A stretch of 64,000 nucleotides of DNA from Vitrella brassicaformis CCMP3155. Taxonomy: Eukaryota > Protista > Chromerida. Where the stretch lies: contig CDMY01000285.1 of NCBI GenBank assembly GCA_001179505.1, forward strand, positions 1-64,000. Reading direction: 5' to 3'. The notes beneath the pieces were generated by a model that was not told the DNA's origin, did not search any database, and was given only the letters and a program-made list of their open reading frames with translations. A program made the position numbers and the translations under genes. Shown here piece after piece: positions 49,784-61,997 of the stretch; the stretch's first letter is position 1; every line of letters starts with the position of its first letter.

Positions 49784-51344
49784 TCACTGGGTGTGTGCGG
49801 GGGGGGGTGGCACGTCGCCGGCCGGCGCGTCGGGTGCTGCGGTGTCTCCCTCGGGTCTGACGACGGGCTGTGGCGGGAACGGCATCATGTGTGGGGGCGG
49901 CGGCGCCCCTGGTGCGGTGTGTGGCGGGAACGGCAGCATGTGCGGGGGGAGGGGTCGGGTGGGCGGCATGACGGGGCCTCCGGCGGGCGGAGGGGGGCCC
50001 ACGTGCGGCACGGTCGTCACCTCCCTGTCGAAGATGGGCGGCAGGAACCGGGGGGGATCCTTCACCACACGGGGCTCACCACGCTCCACGATCGGAGGCA
50101 GCTGCTTGTACTCCTGAAAGGAGATAGAGACACGCACAGAGAGAAAAGTGGCATGAGATGAGCCGTGTCTCCCTCCCCTGAGCTCTCTCTGTCTGTCTCT
50201 CTCTCTGTGCGTGTGTGTGTGTGTGCCGTCGTGTGCTTCAACCTTACGATTTGTGGAATCGGGTGGATGATGATGGGCTGCCCCTCCTCCGCCGGCACGT
50301 CAACGTACTCGTCCACATACTCGGGCACGGGAATCTCGCGGATCTTCTCGACAGGTACCTCCACCACCTTGGCCTCCTCACCAGGGGCTCCCGGCACACC
50401 ACGGGGCCCAGACAACTCAAAACCCGCAGGCGGGGGCACACCCGGCGGCAAAGGAATGATCCTAAATGTCACTCACACCACACACCACACGGATGGAGGG
50501 GCGGAGAGAGATGGAGACGGCGTGTGTGTGCGTGTGGGTGTGGGTGTGAGTGTTGGGGCCGGTAATGTTGGGGGCAGAGTGACTAACTTTTCCACGATGA
50601 TTTCTTGTTCCTCGATAACTTCGACGGGCACCTGGATGATGCGGCCGCCGGGGCGGGGCTTCTCGACAGGCTGGGGCCCGACAGGCTGGGGCACGTCCAC
50701 GATGGGCCCCGGCACCATCACCGGCACAAACTTCTCCACAACCTGGCCCGGCCCAGTAGCAGACAGACACACACGGACGGACGGACACATAAGAATGCAT
50801 CGCATCCATCAGCCCAGTGAGCCACGGTCTGGTCTCACTGCACTGACCGGTCCTGGGACATGGACGTATTTGATCTTTTCGACGACCTTGACAGCGCCGC
50901 CGGTGGCCGGGACGTGCTTCTCCTGGTACACTGGGATGTCCTTGTACACTGGGTACGGGATGGGCCTGACCTTCTCCACCACCTGCGTCATACCCACCGG
51001 CACCTCACGCACCTTACCAGGGTCTGCACACACATACAAACACACAGAGAGAGAGGGGGTAGGGAGGGAGGGAGGGAGGGAGACAACAGCAGTGAGAGAG
51101 GGAGGGAGAGACGGCTTTGCTGCGTGTGTTGATTACCACCGGTGGGAGGGACGACTTCGAATTTAGGTACTTGTTTGACGATTTCCTGGATCTGTGGGAC
51201 CTCGACGAATTTGTCGACGATCTGTATCTGAGGCACCTCCACGATCTTCTCGACATACTGGATCTCAGGCTTCCCGAACTCACGCACAATCTCCTTATAC
51301 TGAGCAGGAAGGATCACATCCATCCATCCATCCATCCATCCACA

Positions 51345-51379
<35 letters not shown>

Positions 51380-51966
51380 GGAGAGAGAGAGAGACGGCAG
51401 AAGAGGGGAAAACGGCACAGAGAGAGGAGGACAGTGCAGTGCAATGGCGCCTGTCCGTCCGTCTGGCCTGCCTGTCTCTTGCCCAGTGCAGCCCTTGGCC
51501 CTGCCTGTGCACTCACTTCGATTCTGCCGGGTACTTCTTTGATTCTCACTTCAATCTGCGGCACCTCGACGTACTTGATCTGCTCGGACGCCCCAGGCGG
51601 GCCGGGCACCTCCACGACCTTCTCCTGCCAGATGGTTTCGTACTTGGGCACCTCCACAATCTTCTCCTGGACGGTCACCTTGGGCTGAATCACCTCCACC
51701 ACATGGATCTCAGGGACCTCTATGATACGATCCTGCATCCGAATCTCCTGGTACACCGGCACCGGCACCACCTTCCCCGACGCAGAGAGGTTGCTGTCCA
51801 GCGGCACAGGCGGGGCCGGCTGCCCGCCGGGCGCAGTGGCCGACAGCAGAGGGCCCTGGGTGGGCGCGTTGAGAGGCATGGGCGCCCCGTAGACGAAGCC
51901 GGGAGGCGGGGCGGCCATGGGAGGACCCTGAGGGTGAGGCGCACCGGGGCCGCCGTGAGGATCCAT
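49784..51966 (-). CDS. Alveolin / inner-membrane-complex (IMCp) protein
   Basis: Many V/I/E/K/P repeats: EKIVEVP, DRIIEVPEIHVVE, EKVVEVP, KYVEVPQIE, DKFVEVPQIQEIVKQVP, VVEKFVPV. Pro-rich N- and C-termini. ATG at 51966. Confidence 0.9.
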
Positions 51967-52264
51967 TTGCGAACCGACAGAGAGGCCGCAGTCGACAAAG
52001 ACAGGGGTGGGAAAGAGAAAGACCGACGCGAGCTGGTCACTGCAGCCTGCAATGTGGCCCCCAGTCTCGACCACAAGTCTTGGCAGAAGATTTCTTCGAT
52101 ACGTCGTGCGGAGGGTATGATGGGAGTGGCACTAGCTGTCAAGGATGTCCAGAGATGCATGTACAGTAAGTACATTTGCAATGACATCTACACGACAAGT
52201 CGCACATGGGCTGGCCAGGCAGCCTGTCACGAGCCTCGAGGCATGCACGGAGAGCGCCTGCGCA

Positions 52265-54337
52265 TCAGAGTCCCAGGAAGTCCCTTGCGTCGTCGACCTC
52301 CCGCTGCCGTGCCTGTGCGGCCGCCCACCGACGCTCCAGCGTCTGCCACACCCACATAGCCACACACACGCGCACACGTGTGACTCTTCCTTTCTTTGCT
52401 GCGTGCGGTTTTTGGTTACCTTGACGTCAGACGTCCATTTGGGGTGGAAGACGCGGGAGTCGCAGCCATCACCGGGACACTGCAAACAGCGCAGCGGGTG
52501 CCTTGCACACACTGGTTGAGTTGCGTGTGCATCTCTTTGCGCCTGTCTGCCTGGCCACGGAGGTACCTGCATGCCGAATGGTGGCTTGGTCATGACGTGC
52601 TCGAGGCACGACGAGTGGAACCAGTGACCGCAGAACGCTCGCTCCGCCGGGTCAGCCTGGCCAAGATCAGAAGGGACGACATCTTTCGTCCACACCTCCC
52701 TCCCTCCCTCCCTAGTTACCTGTTTCTCGCCCTTCTTGATGGCGTCGATGACCGGCTGTTTGCAGTGCGCACACTTCTCATGCGGCAGCAGCCTGAAGCC
52801 AATCACACACGGTGCGTGGACAACGACGTGTGGTGGATGCGATGCATGGACGCCCACCCCATCCAATCCATGGGTATGTATACCTGGCGAATTTGTTGAC
52901 GATGTACTCGACCACGGCATAGAGGGCGGGGACGGGCTCGCCGCCATCTCTGTGCGCCTTGGGGATGCCCGTGGGGGCCGACCTGGCGGCCGTTTGCGCC
53001 ACCTGCGTCGCCTGCTGCTGCTCCCTCTCCCACTCCCTCTTGTCGAGGACCTTCTTCTCGCGCCTCATCTGCTTGTCATCAGACATGCGCGCCAACTCAC
53101 CTGCACACACACACACACACACAGACAGACAGGTGAACACAGCTTGGTGGGCGGACGCATTGAATCAGTCAGTGTGTGCTGAGGGTGTGTGTGGTGTGAC
53201 CTGCCTGCGACTTTGAGGAACTTGACGTCATGCTTGTACTGGCTGATGCTCAGCTGCACCACCTCCTCTGAGGGCTTCGCTGGGTCGCTCTCACGCAATG
53301 ACACATTCAGGGGGATACCCTTCAGGACCGATGAGATCAATGACATCGGCACACAATCAAACATGTCTAATCACAACTGTCTGCTCGTCTGTCGGGCTGT
53401 CTGTCTGTCTGTCGGGCTGTGTGAGCATCTATCTACCTTGCTGGCCCTCCTGGCGACCTCCTCCGCCTGTTTGAAGAACATGTGTGTGACGGCCGGGGGG
53501 TAGGTGGCCTCCCGACACCTCAGCTCCAGCTGCTCCCCGGGGTACCCACGAGGCACCTGCACACTCAAGCATGACATAACAAACGTCTGTGTGCGTGTGT
53601 GTGAGCAGATGGGTGGCTGTGAGAATGACTGACTGACCTTGACGGTGAAGTCGACAACGAATCCGGCTTCCTCCACGCGGACCGTCACTGTGCCGTTGCG
53701 CTCCGAGAGCTTCAGGCTGTCGTGCGGCCCGGTGAGCAACCTGCTCTTGATGTCCGATATGTGCTCGGTGCACAGCAGCAGCTGATTGCTCTGCAGCAAG
53801 GTGGAGAGAAACGTCCACAGAGCCAGAACCTGCTACTCACCACACACCGCAGCACAACACAATGCACCGCAACGCAATGAGTCCATCCATCCATCCCCTC
53901 GGCAACATACTACCTGTGGCTGCCCCTTGTCGGCCAGCTGCTCTGCCTCCTGCTCACACTTGTCGACGAGTTTCCGCTTGACCCTCTCGGGCAGCGTCTT
54001 GGTCTCCAGCTCAAACAGCAGCGGGGAGGACGGGTACTGCAGTGGGAACTGGCACTTCATCGTCAGATTCTTGTAGGGCGTTTCTGTCCAGTCAGTCCAT
54101 GGAGGGCATTGGATTATGTGACAAACACACAGCCACAGTCACAGCCAATGATTGCAGTGGATGAGTGAATGGCTCCAATCTGTTCCTGTGAGTGTCGCGT
54201 GGGAGAGCGTGTGTGTGTGGCGTACCGATGACGTGGAAGATGACGTACTCCTGGGTGGCTGTGAGCAGGACCTCCTGTGGAATCGTCTCCTGGATGGATG
54301 CTAGCTCCTCTGCGGAGATGGAGCCCTCAAAGGCCAT
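52265..54337 (-). CDS. Double-RWD-domain protein with a C-terminal RING-H2-like zinc finger
   Basis: RWD-type YPxxP turns (CQFPLQYPSSPLLFEL; VPRGYPGEQLEL). Finger: CAHC...CGHWFHSSC...CPGDGC. Ends ALERRWAAAQARQREVDDARDFLGL* (TGA at 52265-52267). Confidence 0.8.
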
Positions 54338-54550
54338 CGGCGAAAGGCATAGATGGCCTGAGGGGAGAAAAGGCAGGGAATGCTATCCAAGCTCGCAGAC
54401 GGAAGCTCCGTGAAACTGCTCGAAGGAAACAGAAACTGAAGGAAACAGGTAACAGGGATGGGGAGGGTTCGCAGGGGCTGCATCGAACACAAAACAGTGC
54501 TCATCTTTGCTGGTTGCAGGCCCAGGTCCCCTCACTTCACCGCGCTCACC

Positions 54551-56404
54551 ATGGTGACAGATCTGGTGCACTGGCTGCTGGTCGCCCTGTTCGGCGTGCA
54601 CGCCCTCTTCGTGACGGTGTTTTTCCTCCCCATCCACTTCGCGCCGAAGCGGATGCTTATCAAGGTGGCCTCCAAGACCCGCCTGCCCATCGACGCCTCC
54701 ACAGGCGCCATTGCCGTGTCCACCGCCCTCTTCTGCTGGTGCGTGGGGCAGCTCAGCTCCCTCCCTCCCGAGCCGACGGCCGACGTCAAGACGGGCATCT
54801 GGTTCAGCATCTGGATGGCTGTAGCGAACGTGTTCTCCTACGGGGGCATGCGCCACGTGTGCTACGTGTGTTACCACAACGAGGAGACCATCATGCAGAT
54901 GGAGAAGTCGGCCGCCACGCGCGACATTGTCGAGTGGCAGCCGCCCAAGCTCGAAGCGCTGGGGCCCATCCTCGCACCCTACAAGTGGCTCGTGTCGCCA
55001 CAGTTCTTCGGCTTTGACCGCATCCCTGACGCCAAGAAGCACCGGCTGCTGTTCGTGTCAAACCACTCGCTGTGGGGGCTGGAGATGCCACTGCTCATCG
55101 AGGGGCTCTACCGAGAAAAGAACATCTTCCTTAGAGGGCTCGGAGGTCAGCCAGGGAGAATCATATGGCAAAGTCAGTCTTACACACGTCGAAGCGGATC
55201 TCTCTCTCTCTCTCTCTCCTTGTCGCATGTGTGTGTGCCGCACCGCAGCGCATTTCCACTTCTACCTCCCCGGCCACAAGCAGATTTTCGAGATGATGGG
55301 TGCAGTGGACGGCACTCGCCCCAACACGCGGCTGATGCTGCAGAAGGGCTTCAGCGTACTGGTGTACCCCGGCGGGACCCGCGAGGTGCTCAAGAATAGC
55401 AAGGTGCAGAAGTACGAGCTGATGTGGGGCAACAGGGTGGGCTTCGCCAAGATCGCCGTCGAGGAGGGCGTCACCATCGTGCCCACCTGCTCGGTCGGCA
55501 CCGAAGACATGCTCGAGATACTCAAGGTGCGTTGGTGCGTTGGTGCGTTGGTGCGTTGGTGTGAGTGAGTGCATCGGTGCGTATGCCTGTGGGCGTGGCG
55601 TGTGTCGGTGTGTCGGTGTGTCGGTGTGTGTGTTAGGATGTGCCTATCGACTGGCTGATTGGCAAGTCCAGCCTGACGGTGCCCATCATCAAGTACCCCA
55701 CGCCAGCGGAGACCGAGCGAGTCTACTTCTGGTCAGTCAGTCAGTCAGGAACACACAGACAGACACCTCCAGGGGGCGAGGGAAATCCACTCTGCATCTC
55801 CTGTCTGTCGTGTGTGTGTGGGGTGTGTGTGTCAGGTTCGGCGATCCCGTCAGCACGGCTGAGGAGAAGAAGCAGCTCGATGCAGTCGCAGGGACAGATG
55901 CATACGACGGCGTAAGCAGCCCACAACCACCCTGACGTTCGCACGGCCATATACCTTGTCGTGGTCGTGTTGTATGCTGCATGCCGTCTTGTGTGTGTGT
56001 GCAGAAGCTGCAAGAGCTGGCTGAGCAAGTGCGCGACAAAACCAAGGCAGCAATCGAAGCTGGTCGGTTCTTCCCCACCCCCACCACAGCCCGAGTCCAG
56101 CCGGCCTCTGATGCGCGTCTCGTTTGTGCGTGTTTGTGCAGGCATCAAGGAGCTTCAGCAGCGGCAGGCTGACGACGCCGGGCGGATGCTCCCCGACCGC
56201 GTCAAGCGCACCGCCGATGCCATCAAGGCCGCCATCACCGACCAGGTGGAGCGGTCCCTGGGGCGCTTCACCGGCGGCGCATCCGCTTCTCAGGCGGACG
56301 AGCAGGAGACGCAGCCCGAGAGTGTGCAGGACATGGGCGACGATGGCGAGGACGGCTGCACGGGGGAAGAAGAGGGCTCGCGAGTTAGAAGGCGACCCGT
56401 GTGA
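54551..56404 (+). CDS. Lysophospholipid/diacylglycerol acyltransferase (PlsC/LPLAT superfamily, MGAT/DGAT2/TMEM68-like) with N-terminal TM segments
   Basis: LLFVSNHSLWGLE, IFLRGL, MGAVDG, VLVYPGGTREV, KYELMWGNRVGFAKIA, TIVPTCSVG, RVYFW|FGDPV. Probable 5'-UTR intron at about 54449-54519. Confidence 0.9.
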
Positions 56405-57032
56405 ACGAGCGGTTTTTGGCCTTATCGGTGTTTTTGGTCGTTCCAAGGCAGTCATATGTGTGTGTTTCGTCCGTTTTTAATACCCGTGGTGGGTGTATGC
56501 TGTGGGTGGGTGGGTAGGTGGGCAGATTGTGTCAGGCAGATTGGAGTGTTGTTGCCCGGCCCGGTAGGTAATCGGGCAACATCCACTCACTCCACCCGTC
56601 TGTCGTCTGTGTCTGGCCGCTTGCTTACTGTCAGGGTGGCCCTCTTTTTCTCCATTGGATGCGATCGATGCTGGCTCATTTTGTTAGTGTGGTTGACAGG
56701 AACCACAGACAGACAGACAGATCGACAGACGGTTGACGCATGACGTCTTCCCGGAGTTGGCTGCTAGGTCGGTTTATTGATGATGGACGTGTGACAGAGT
56801 GGTCGGTCTCATGCGTGCGTGCGGCTTCGGTCTCTGTTCTTTGCTGCCGCTTCGGATGGTCCATCGTACCCGACCGCTGCGCAGAGAAGACAATTTGCGC
56901 AGCAGACGGGTCGGTTGGGTCGTCCAGTGCAGCAGCAGAGGACGAGACAGACCTACGCTGCCATGAACTGCAGTGGAGTCGTTGATATCCCGTCTTGTTG
57001 CCGGCTGCTAGCTGGCTCTTTTTGCTACCGGG

Positions 57033-57069
<37 letters not shown>

Positions 57070-57423
57070 ACCTTTTTTGCCGGTTTGGCGATGGTTCGAT
57101 TGCCATGCGTGAGATCTTAATTTTCTCAGTTCTCTGCATGAGACTCTACTCATTCCCACGCCGCGACGAGCGGGCGGCATCGGTGGGGATATGATCTGTT
57201 GAGGCAGCAAGGCGAGGCGAAAGGGGTGAGACTCACGTGAGGCTGAATCGCTGCTGGTGCACAATGTATCATGTAACAAGCCGCAAGGGTCTGGTGCCGT
57301 GTGTCACAGATAGTTGATTTGAAGCGAGAGTCAACGTCATCGCTGCATGGGGCTTATGACGCCTTCACACCCACGAAGAACACGGAATGCAAAGCATCAG
57401 AACCCGCGATCGCAGCCAGAAGC

Positions 57424-57444
57424 AAACCCTAAACCCTGAACCCT
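57424..57444 (+). repeat. Interstitial telomere-like heptamer triplet AAACCCT-AAACCCT-GAACCCT
   Basis: Read directly, about 50 bp upstream of the lipase ATG at 57493. Confidence 0.8.
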
Positions 57445-57492
57445 ACGAACCTCCCTCGCGTGAGCAGCCCTCCCCTGCGATAGATCTCGAGG

Positions 57493-60073
57493 ATGCAGAG
57501 GCAGGGGAGCGTTATAGGAAGCGACAGGCTGCTGTGCCCGCCGCAGGGCATGCCCCGGCCCCGATCGGAGCCCAACCTCCAAGCCGCTGCCGCTGCAGCT
57601 GACGAGATTGACTACTACCTGGTGCGGTGGGCGGGGCGGCGTGTGGTCGGGTAGATGCGATGCCGGTCCTGGCGATGGATCTGTGTGTATGGCTGTGTGT
57701 GGCTCTGTCTGTCTGTCTGTCTGTCTGTGTGTGTGCAGGCTGATCTGTTCAGCGAGGCGGGGGACTCGGACTGGCTTGACGATGACAGGTCGGTGGGCAG
57801 AGAGAGACGAGCACACGTGGTTGCTTCACTGCGGCTGAGTGCATTCGTGTGTGTGGGGTTTCCGTGTCTGTCTGCCTGTCTGCCTGTCTGCCTGTCTGTC
57901 TGTCTGTGTGTTGGCAGGGAGACCAGGAGCGAGCCTGACAATGAGGCGCCGTCGGTAACAGACAGCTCAGACAGCTCGATATATAGCGACATGCACTCTG
58001 TTGTGTGTGTCATTCCTTCCTTAAGGGTTCCACCCAAGACAGCCGTGTGTACATGTTTGGTCTGTACTGCGTGACGGCGGCCAAGGCGGGAGTGAAGCTC
58101 GCCGACTACGTGTCGGGCACCGCACACGGCGTCGCAGTGGACCTCAACGAGGGCACCAAGTCCGTCCTCAACTCAGGTGGGTGCGGTGGTCTCTGTTGTC
58201 CTCACAGCCACGCTCTCTGTGTGTGTTGCCTGCCTGGGCGTGGCGTGCAGGTGTGCAGACACTGGAAGACGCCGTGCACGCCGTGGGGGCGAACGTGAGC
58301 ATTCGCGCTTTGTGTATGTAAAGACGAGTGAGGGTCTCTCTCTCTCTGTGTCAGTTCCGCCATTGGGACCCCGAGACGTGGGCCGCGGCCCGTGACAGCG
58401 TGAAAAGCTCCTCTCAGTGCGTGCAGAAGTAAGTCGCTACTATCCATCGGCCGCAGCCCACACAGAACAGACACGCAGAAGCCATGGATGTGCGTGTGCG
58501 TGTGCGTGTGTGCGTGTGTGTGTGTGTGTGTGTGTGCTGTGTGCAGTGTGGTGTCGTCGATCGGCCGAGGCATCAACCAGCTGATCCACATGTCGCGACG
58601 CACCACCAAGGAGATCAACCGAGCCGCGCAAAACAGTACGGCCGTGTCACCCATGTCACGCGCTGTATCCAGTTGTGGAAGCAAACACATTTGTGTGTGT
58701 GTGTGTGTGCAGGTTTGGACATGTTGGACACGGGCATCGCTGGCGCCCTGCGGGAGGCCGGATACAACGTAACACTCACACACACACACACACACACACG
58801 TGGTCGCTTCAGACGTGCTGCACACGTGTGTGTGTGTGTGTGGCGAGCAGATAACGAGGATGCGCAAGGGCGGTCTCTTCGACGTGGCCCACTACGTCCT
58901 AGATCTAGCCATGCCCTTCTCTGGTCTGCAATTGCGGAGAGAGTGCCTATCGGAGTGCAACCTCTGTGTGTGTGTGTGTGTGTTCGGCAGAAGTGAGCCC
59001 ATTGGAGCTGGGCCGCGCCCTGGTGGCCTTCGGTGAGTTCGGCAGTGATTGAGCCACCATCCCTGGGGGATGGGGAGACTCATGCCCATGTGATGCTGGG
59101 GTGTGGTGTGTGTCGACTCGACAGGTACGCTGCAGGAGTTGGCGCAGGCGCCGTACCCCAGGACGGGCGGCACCTTCATCGACTGCGACCTGCCCGAGAA
59201 CACCCAAGACATCAACAGGCAGGCACAGGCACACACAGACGGGCACACACGCAGACACGAGACGAGGCGAGACGAGACGAGACGTGTGTGTCCATGGCAT
59301 GCAATGGCGTGAAGGTTGGATCGGTCCATCCGCATGTGCATGGCGGCCTACCCTCCGCCAGCAATGCAGATCTGCGGCCTGCCCATTCAAGTCAGCCACC
59401 CACACCCACACAGACACACGTGTCTTCATCTCTCCCTTCTCTGTCTTTGTCCACCACCCCAGGCATTTTCTCAGTTGGAGTTTTTCGAGAAGCTGACGGG
59501 TCTGTCGCGCGACGCCATCCTCACCGACCTGCCGGAGCGCACCATCGAGTTCCTCGAGGACACCCACGCCGCCAGCGACGCTGCCGAGGTCAAACAGGCC
59601 AGTGAGGGGGGCGAAACCTTCCACCACTCCAGCAGCGCCCCGTCGGTCATGAAGCAGTACCAAAAGTGAGAACTCCCTCCCTCCCTCCCTCCCTCACAAA
59701 CTAACTATAACAGTGCAATCAGTGGGTGCGTGTGCCCATTCTCGCCCGGTGTGTGTGTGTGTGTGGGTGTGCAGGGATGGTGAGGGTGATGTGCCGCTGA
59801 CGGCGTGGGTGACGAGCACCTTCCGCCCCATCTACTACACCACACTCGACCATGACAGACAGGAAATCGGGGTGAGCGGAGCGGTCAGAGGGAGGGAGGG
59901 AGGGAGGGACTGTGAGGCTGCTTGCCACCTGCACATAGAAACGTAAGTAGCCACACATGACATGGGGGCTGGCTGATCAGTTGACCTTTCGGGGCACCTT
60001 GAGTGTGGCCGACTGCCTGACGGACCTCTGCTGCCAAATCGAGGAGGGCGCACACAGCGGAATGGTACGCACA

Positions 60074-60106
<33 letters not shown>

Positions 60107-61997
60107 GTGAACACACACAATCGCGGCCGCCTGCATGGCTGTGTGCGATGTGATGTGTAGGTGACGAGTGCCCAGTGGTTCGATGAGCATCTGCGCGACA
60201 AGTACAGGCGGCTCGCAGACATGTACCCCACTTACAACATGGTCCTGCAGGTAAGCTATCTCACACACACAGAGAGAGAGATATATATACATGTGTCTCG
60301 ACATGTCTGTCGGTTGGGCTGTGGACGAATACACCACACCACACCACCCAGGGTCACTCGTTGGGCGGTGGTGTGGCGTCTCTGCTGGCCCTCAAGTGGA
60401 TCAGCGACCCCCTGCTGGGCCCCAAGATACACTGCGTCGCCTTCAACCCCCCCTGTCCGTCCACACACACCCCCACACACACACCTGCACTGCACTGCAC
60501 CGATGGACTCGCGCGCCCCGCCTCGCCCACATGGTTCGTGTGTATCGTTTTGCGTTGCGTAGGCATCGTCACACTGGAGCTGGCTGCCGCTTCCAAAGGT
60601 CCGGACACACACCACACCGCACCGAGATGACACTCACACACACAGATACCGACTTGGACACGCACGTGTGTGTCCTGTGGCAGATTACATCACGTCGATA
60701 GTGCATGCCCGCGATATGGTGAGCCGGGCCAGCATCGGCAGCATCAGCAACATGCAGAGGGTCCTCCTCCACCTAGCGGGCCGCAGACACACCAACACCT
60801 CTACTGACAACGACAACGGCACACAGCAGCAGCAGCAGCAGACCACCATTATAAGTCAGCTGAGCGGCCACGCACACACACCACACCCTCGGGACAGATG
60901 AGGCAGATTGTGTCTATTGAGCGGGTGTGTAGACGGTGCACCTCCACACGTCGGCGATTCGCGGACGGAGCAAGCCTCAAGTGGTGCCAAGACGACAGGT
61001 GCAGGCCAGCATCAGGAGCCAGAGCCGTCTGCGAGTGCTTCTGCCCCTCCGCCCAAGCTGGCTGACGAGCCCATCATGAACCCCGACAAGCAGAAAGACG
61101 CCTTCGCCTCATCGGCAGCTGCGTACTCAGAGGCACACACACACACACACGCATCGCGCAGAGGCATTTGGTGGTTGTTTGTCCGTTCCCCCCGTGTGCG
61201 GCGCGGTGCGCATCCATCAGTGTGTGTGAGAGCGACCCGATGTCAGAGTGGACGACCGACAAGGTGCTGAAGCTGGTCTCCCAGGCCAAGAAACACCTGT
61301 CGCCCGCCACACACCCCCACACACGCCAGTTCTGGGAAACGCAACTCCGGTAGGGTAGGCACCCCCACACACACAGGGAGGCAGAGAGAGCCACACACAC
61401 AAAGAGAGGAGAGAGAGAGAGGTACATCAGACGGATTTGTTCGCTCAGCATGGCCTTGACTGCTCTGAGGACTCTCTACGACGACCGGAGCAGCGTGCTG
61501 TGTCCTGCAGGTCAGTGGCACATCAATCACACAAGGGGGGATGGCTCGGTGGGCCGATGGGGGGATGGGTGGACCTGAGCGTGTCTGTCGTGTCGTCAGG
61601 TCGGACGATCCTAATGCTGCCTTCGCAGCATCTGGCCCGCGCTGGCCTGCCCACGCCAGAATCAGGACTCACAAAAGGTCGGTCGGCACGTCGGCACCTC
61701 TCTCTCCTTGTGTGGATGATGATGGCCTGCATCTCTCTCTCTCTCTCTGTCTGGCTGCGTGTGTTGTGTGTGCAGGTGGTTATTGTGCGATGGAGATGGG
61801 CCCCGAGGTGCTCGACCTGGCTTCGGAAATCATATTCCACAGAGTACACACACACACACACGCGTAAACAGGTGCATCCCTGCCACCACCCTCCCTCGTG
61901 TGTGTGTGCGTGATACCTCTCCATCCACAAATCCAATCAGGGTGCGTTCCCCGACCACAACCTCGTGGCCGTCGCCAAGGCGTTCGCCTTTTTCTAG
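57493..61997 (+). CDS. Class 3 lipase (alpha/beta hydrolase, DAG-lipase-like)
   Basis: FRGTLSVADCLTDL, AHSGM, VLQ|GHSLGGGVASLLA (Ser codon 60358-60360), HCVAFNPP, SIVHARDMVSR (Asp 60713-60715), AFPDHNL (His 61956-61958), TAG at 61995-61997. Many short exons. Confidence 0.9.

Noticed and set aside
15822-54337. A ubiquitin gene cluster (HECT ligase plus RWD-RING)
   Set aside because: The genes are 12 kb and four unrelated genes apart. Ubiquitin-system genes are abundant, so co-occurrence is expected by chance.
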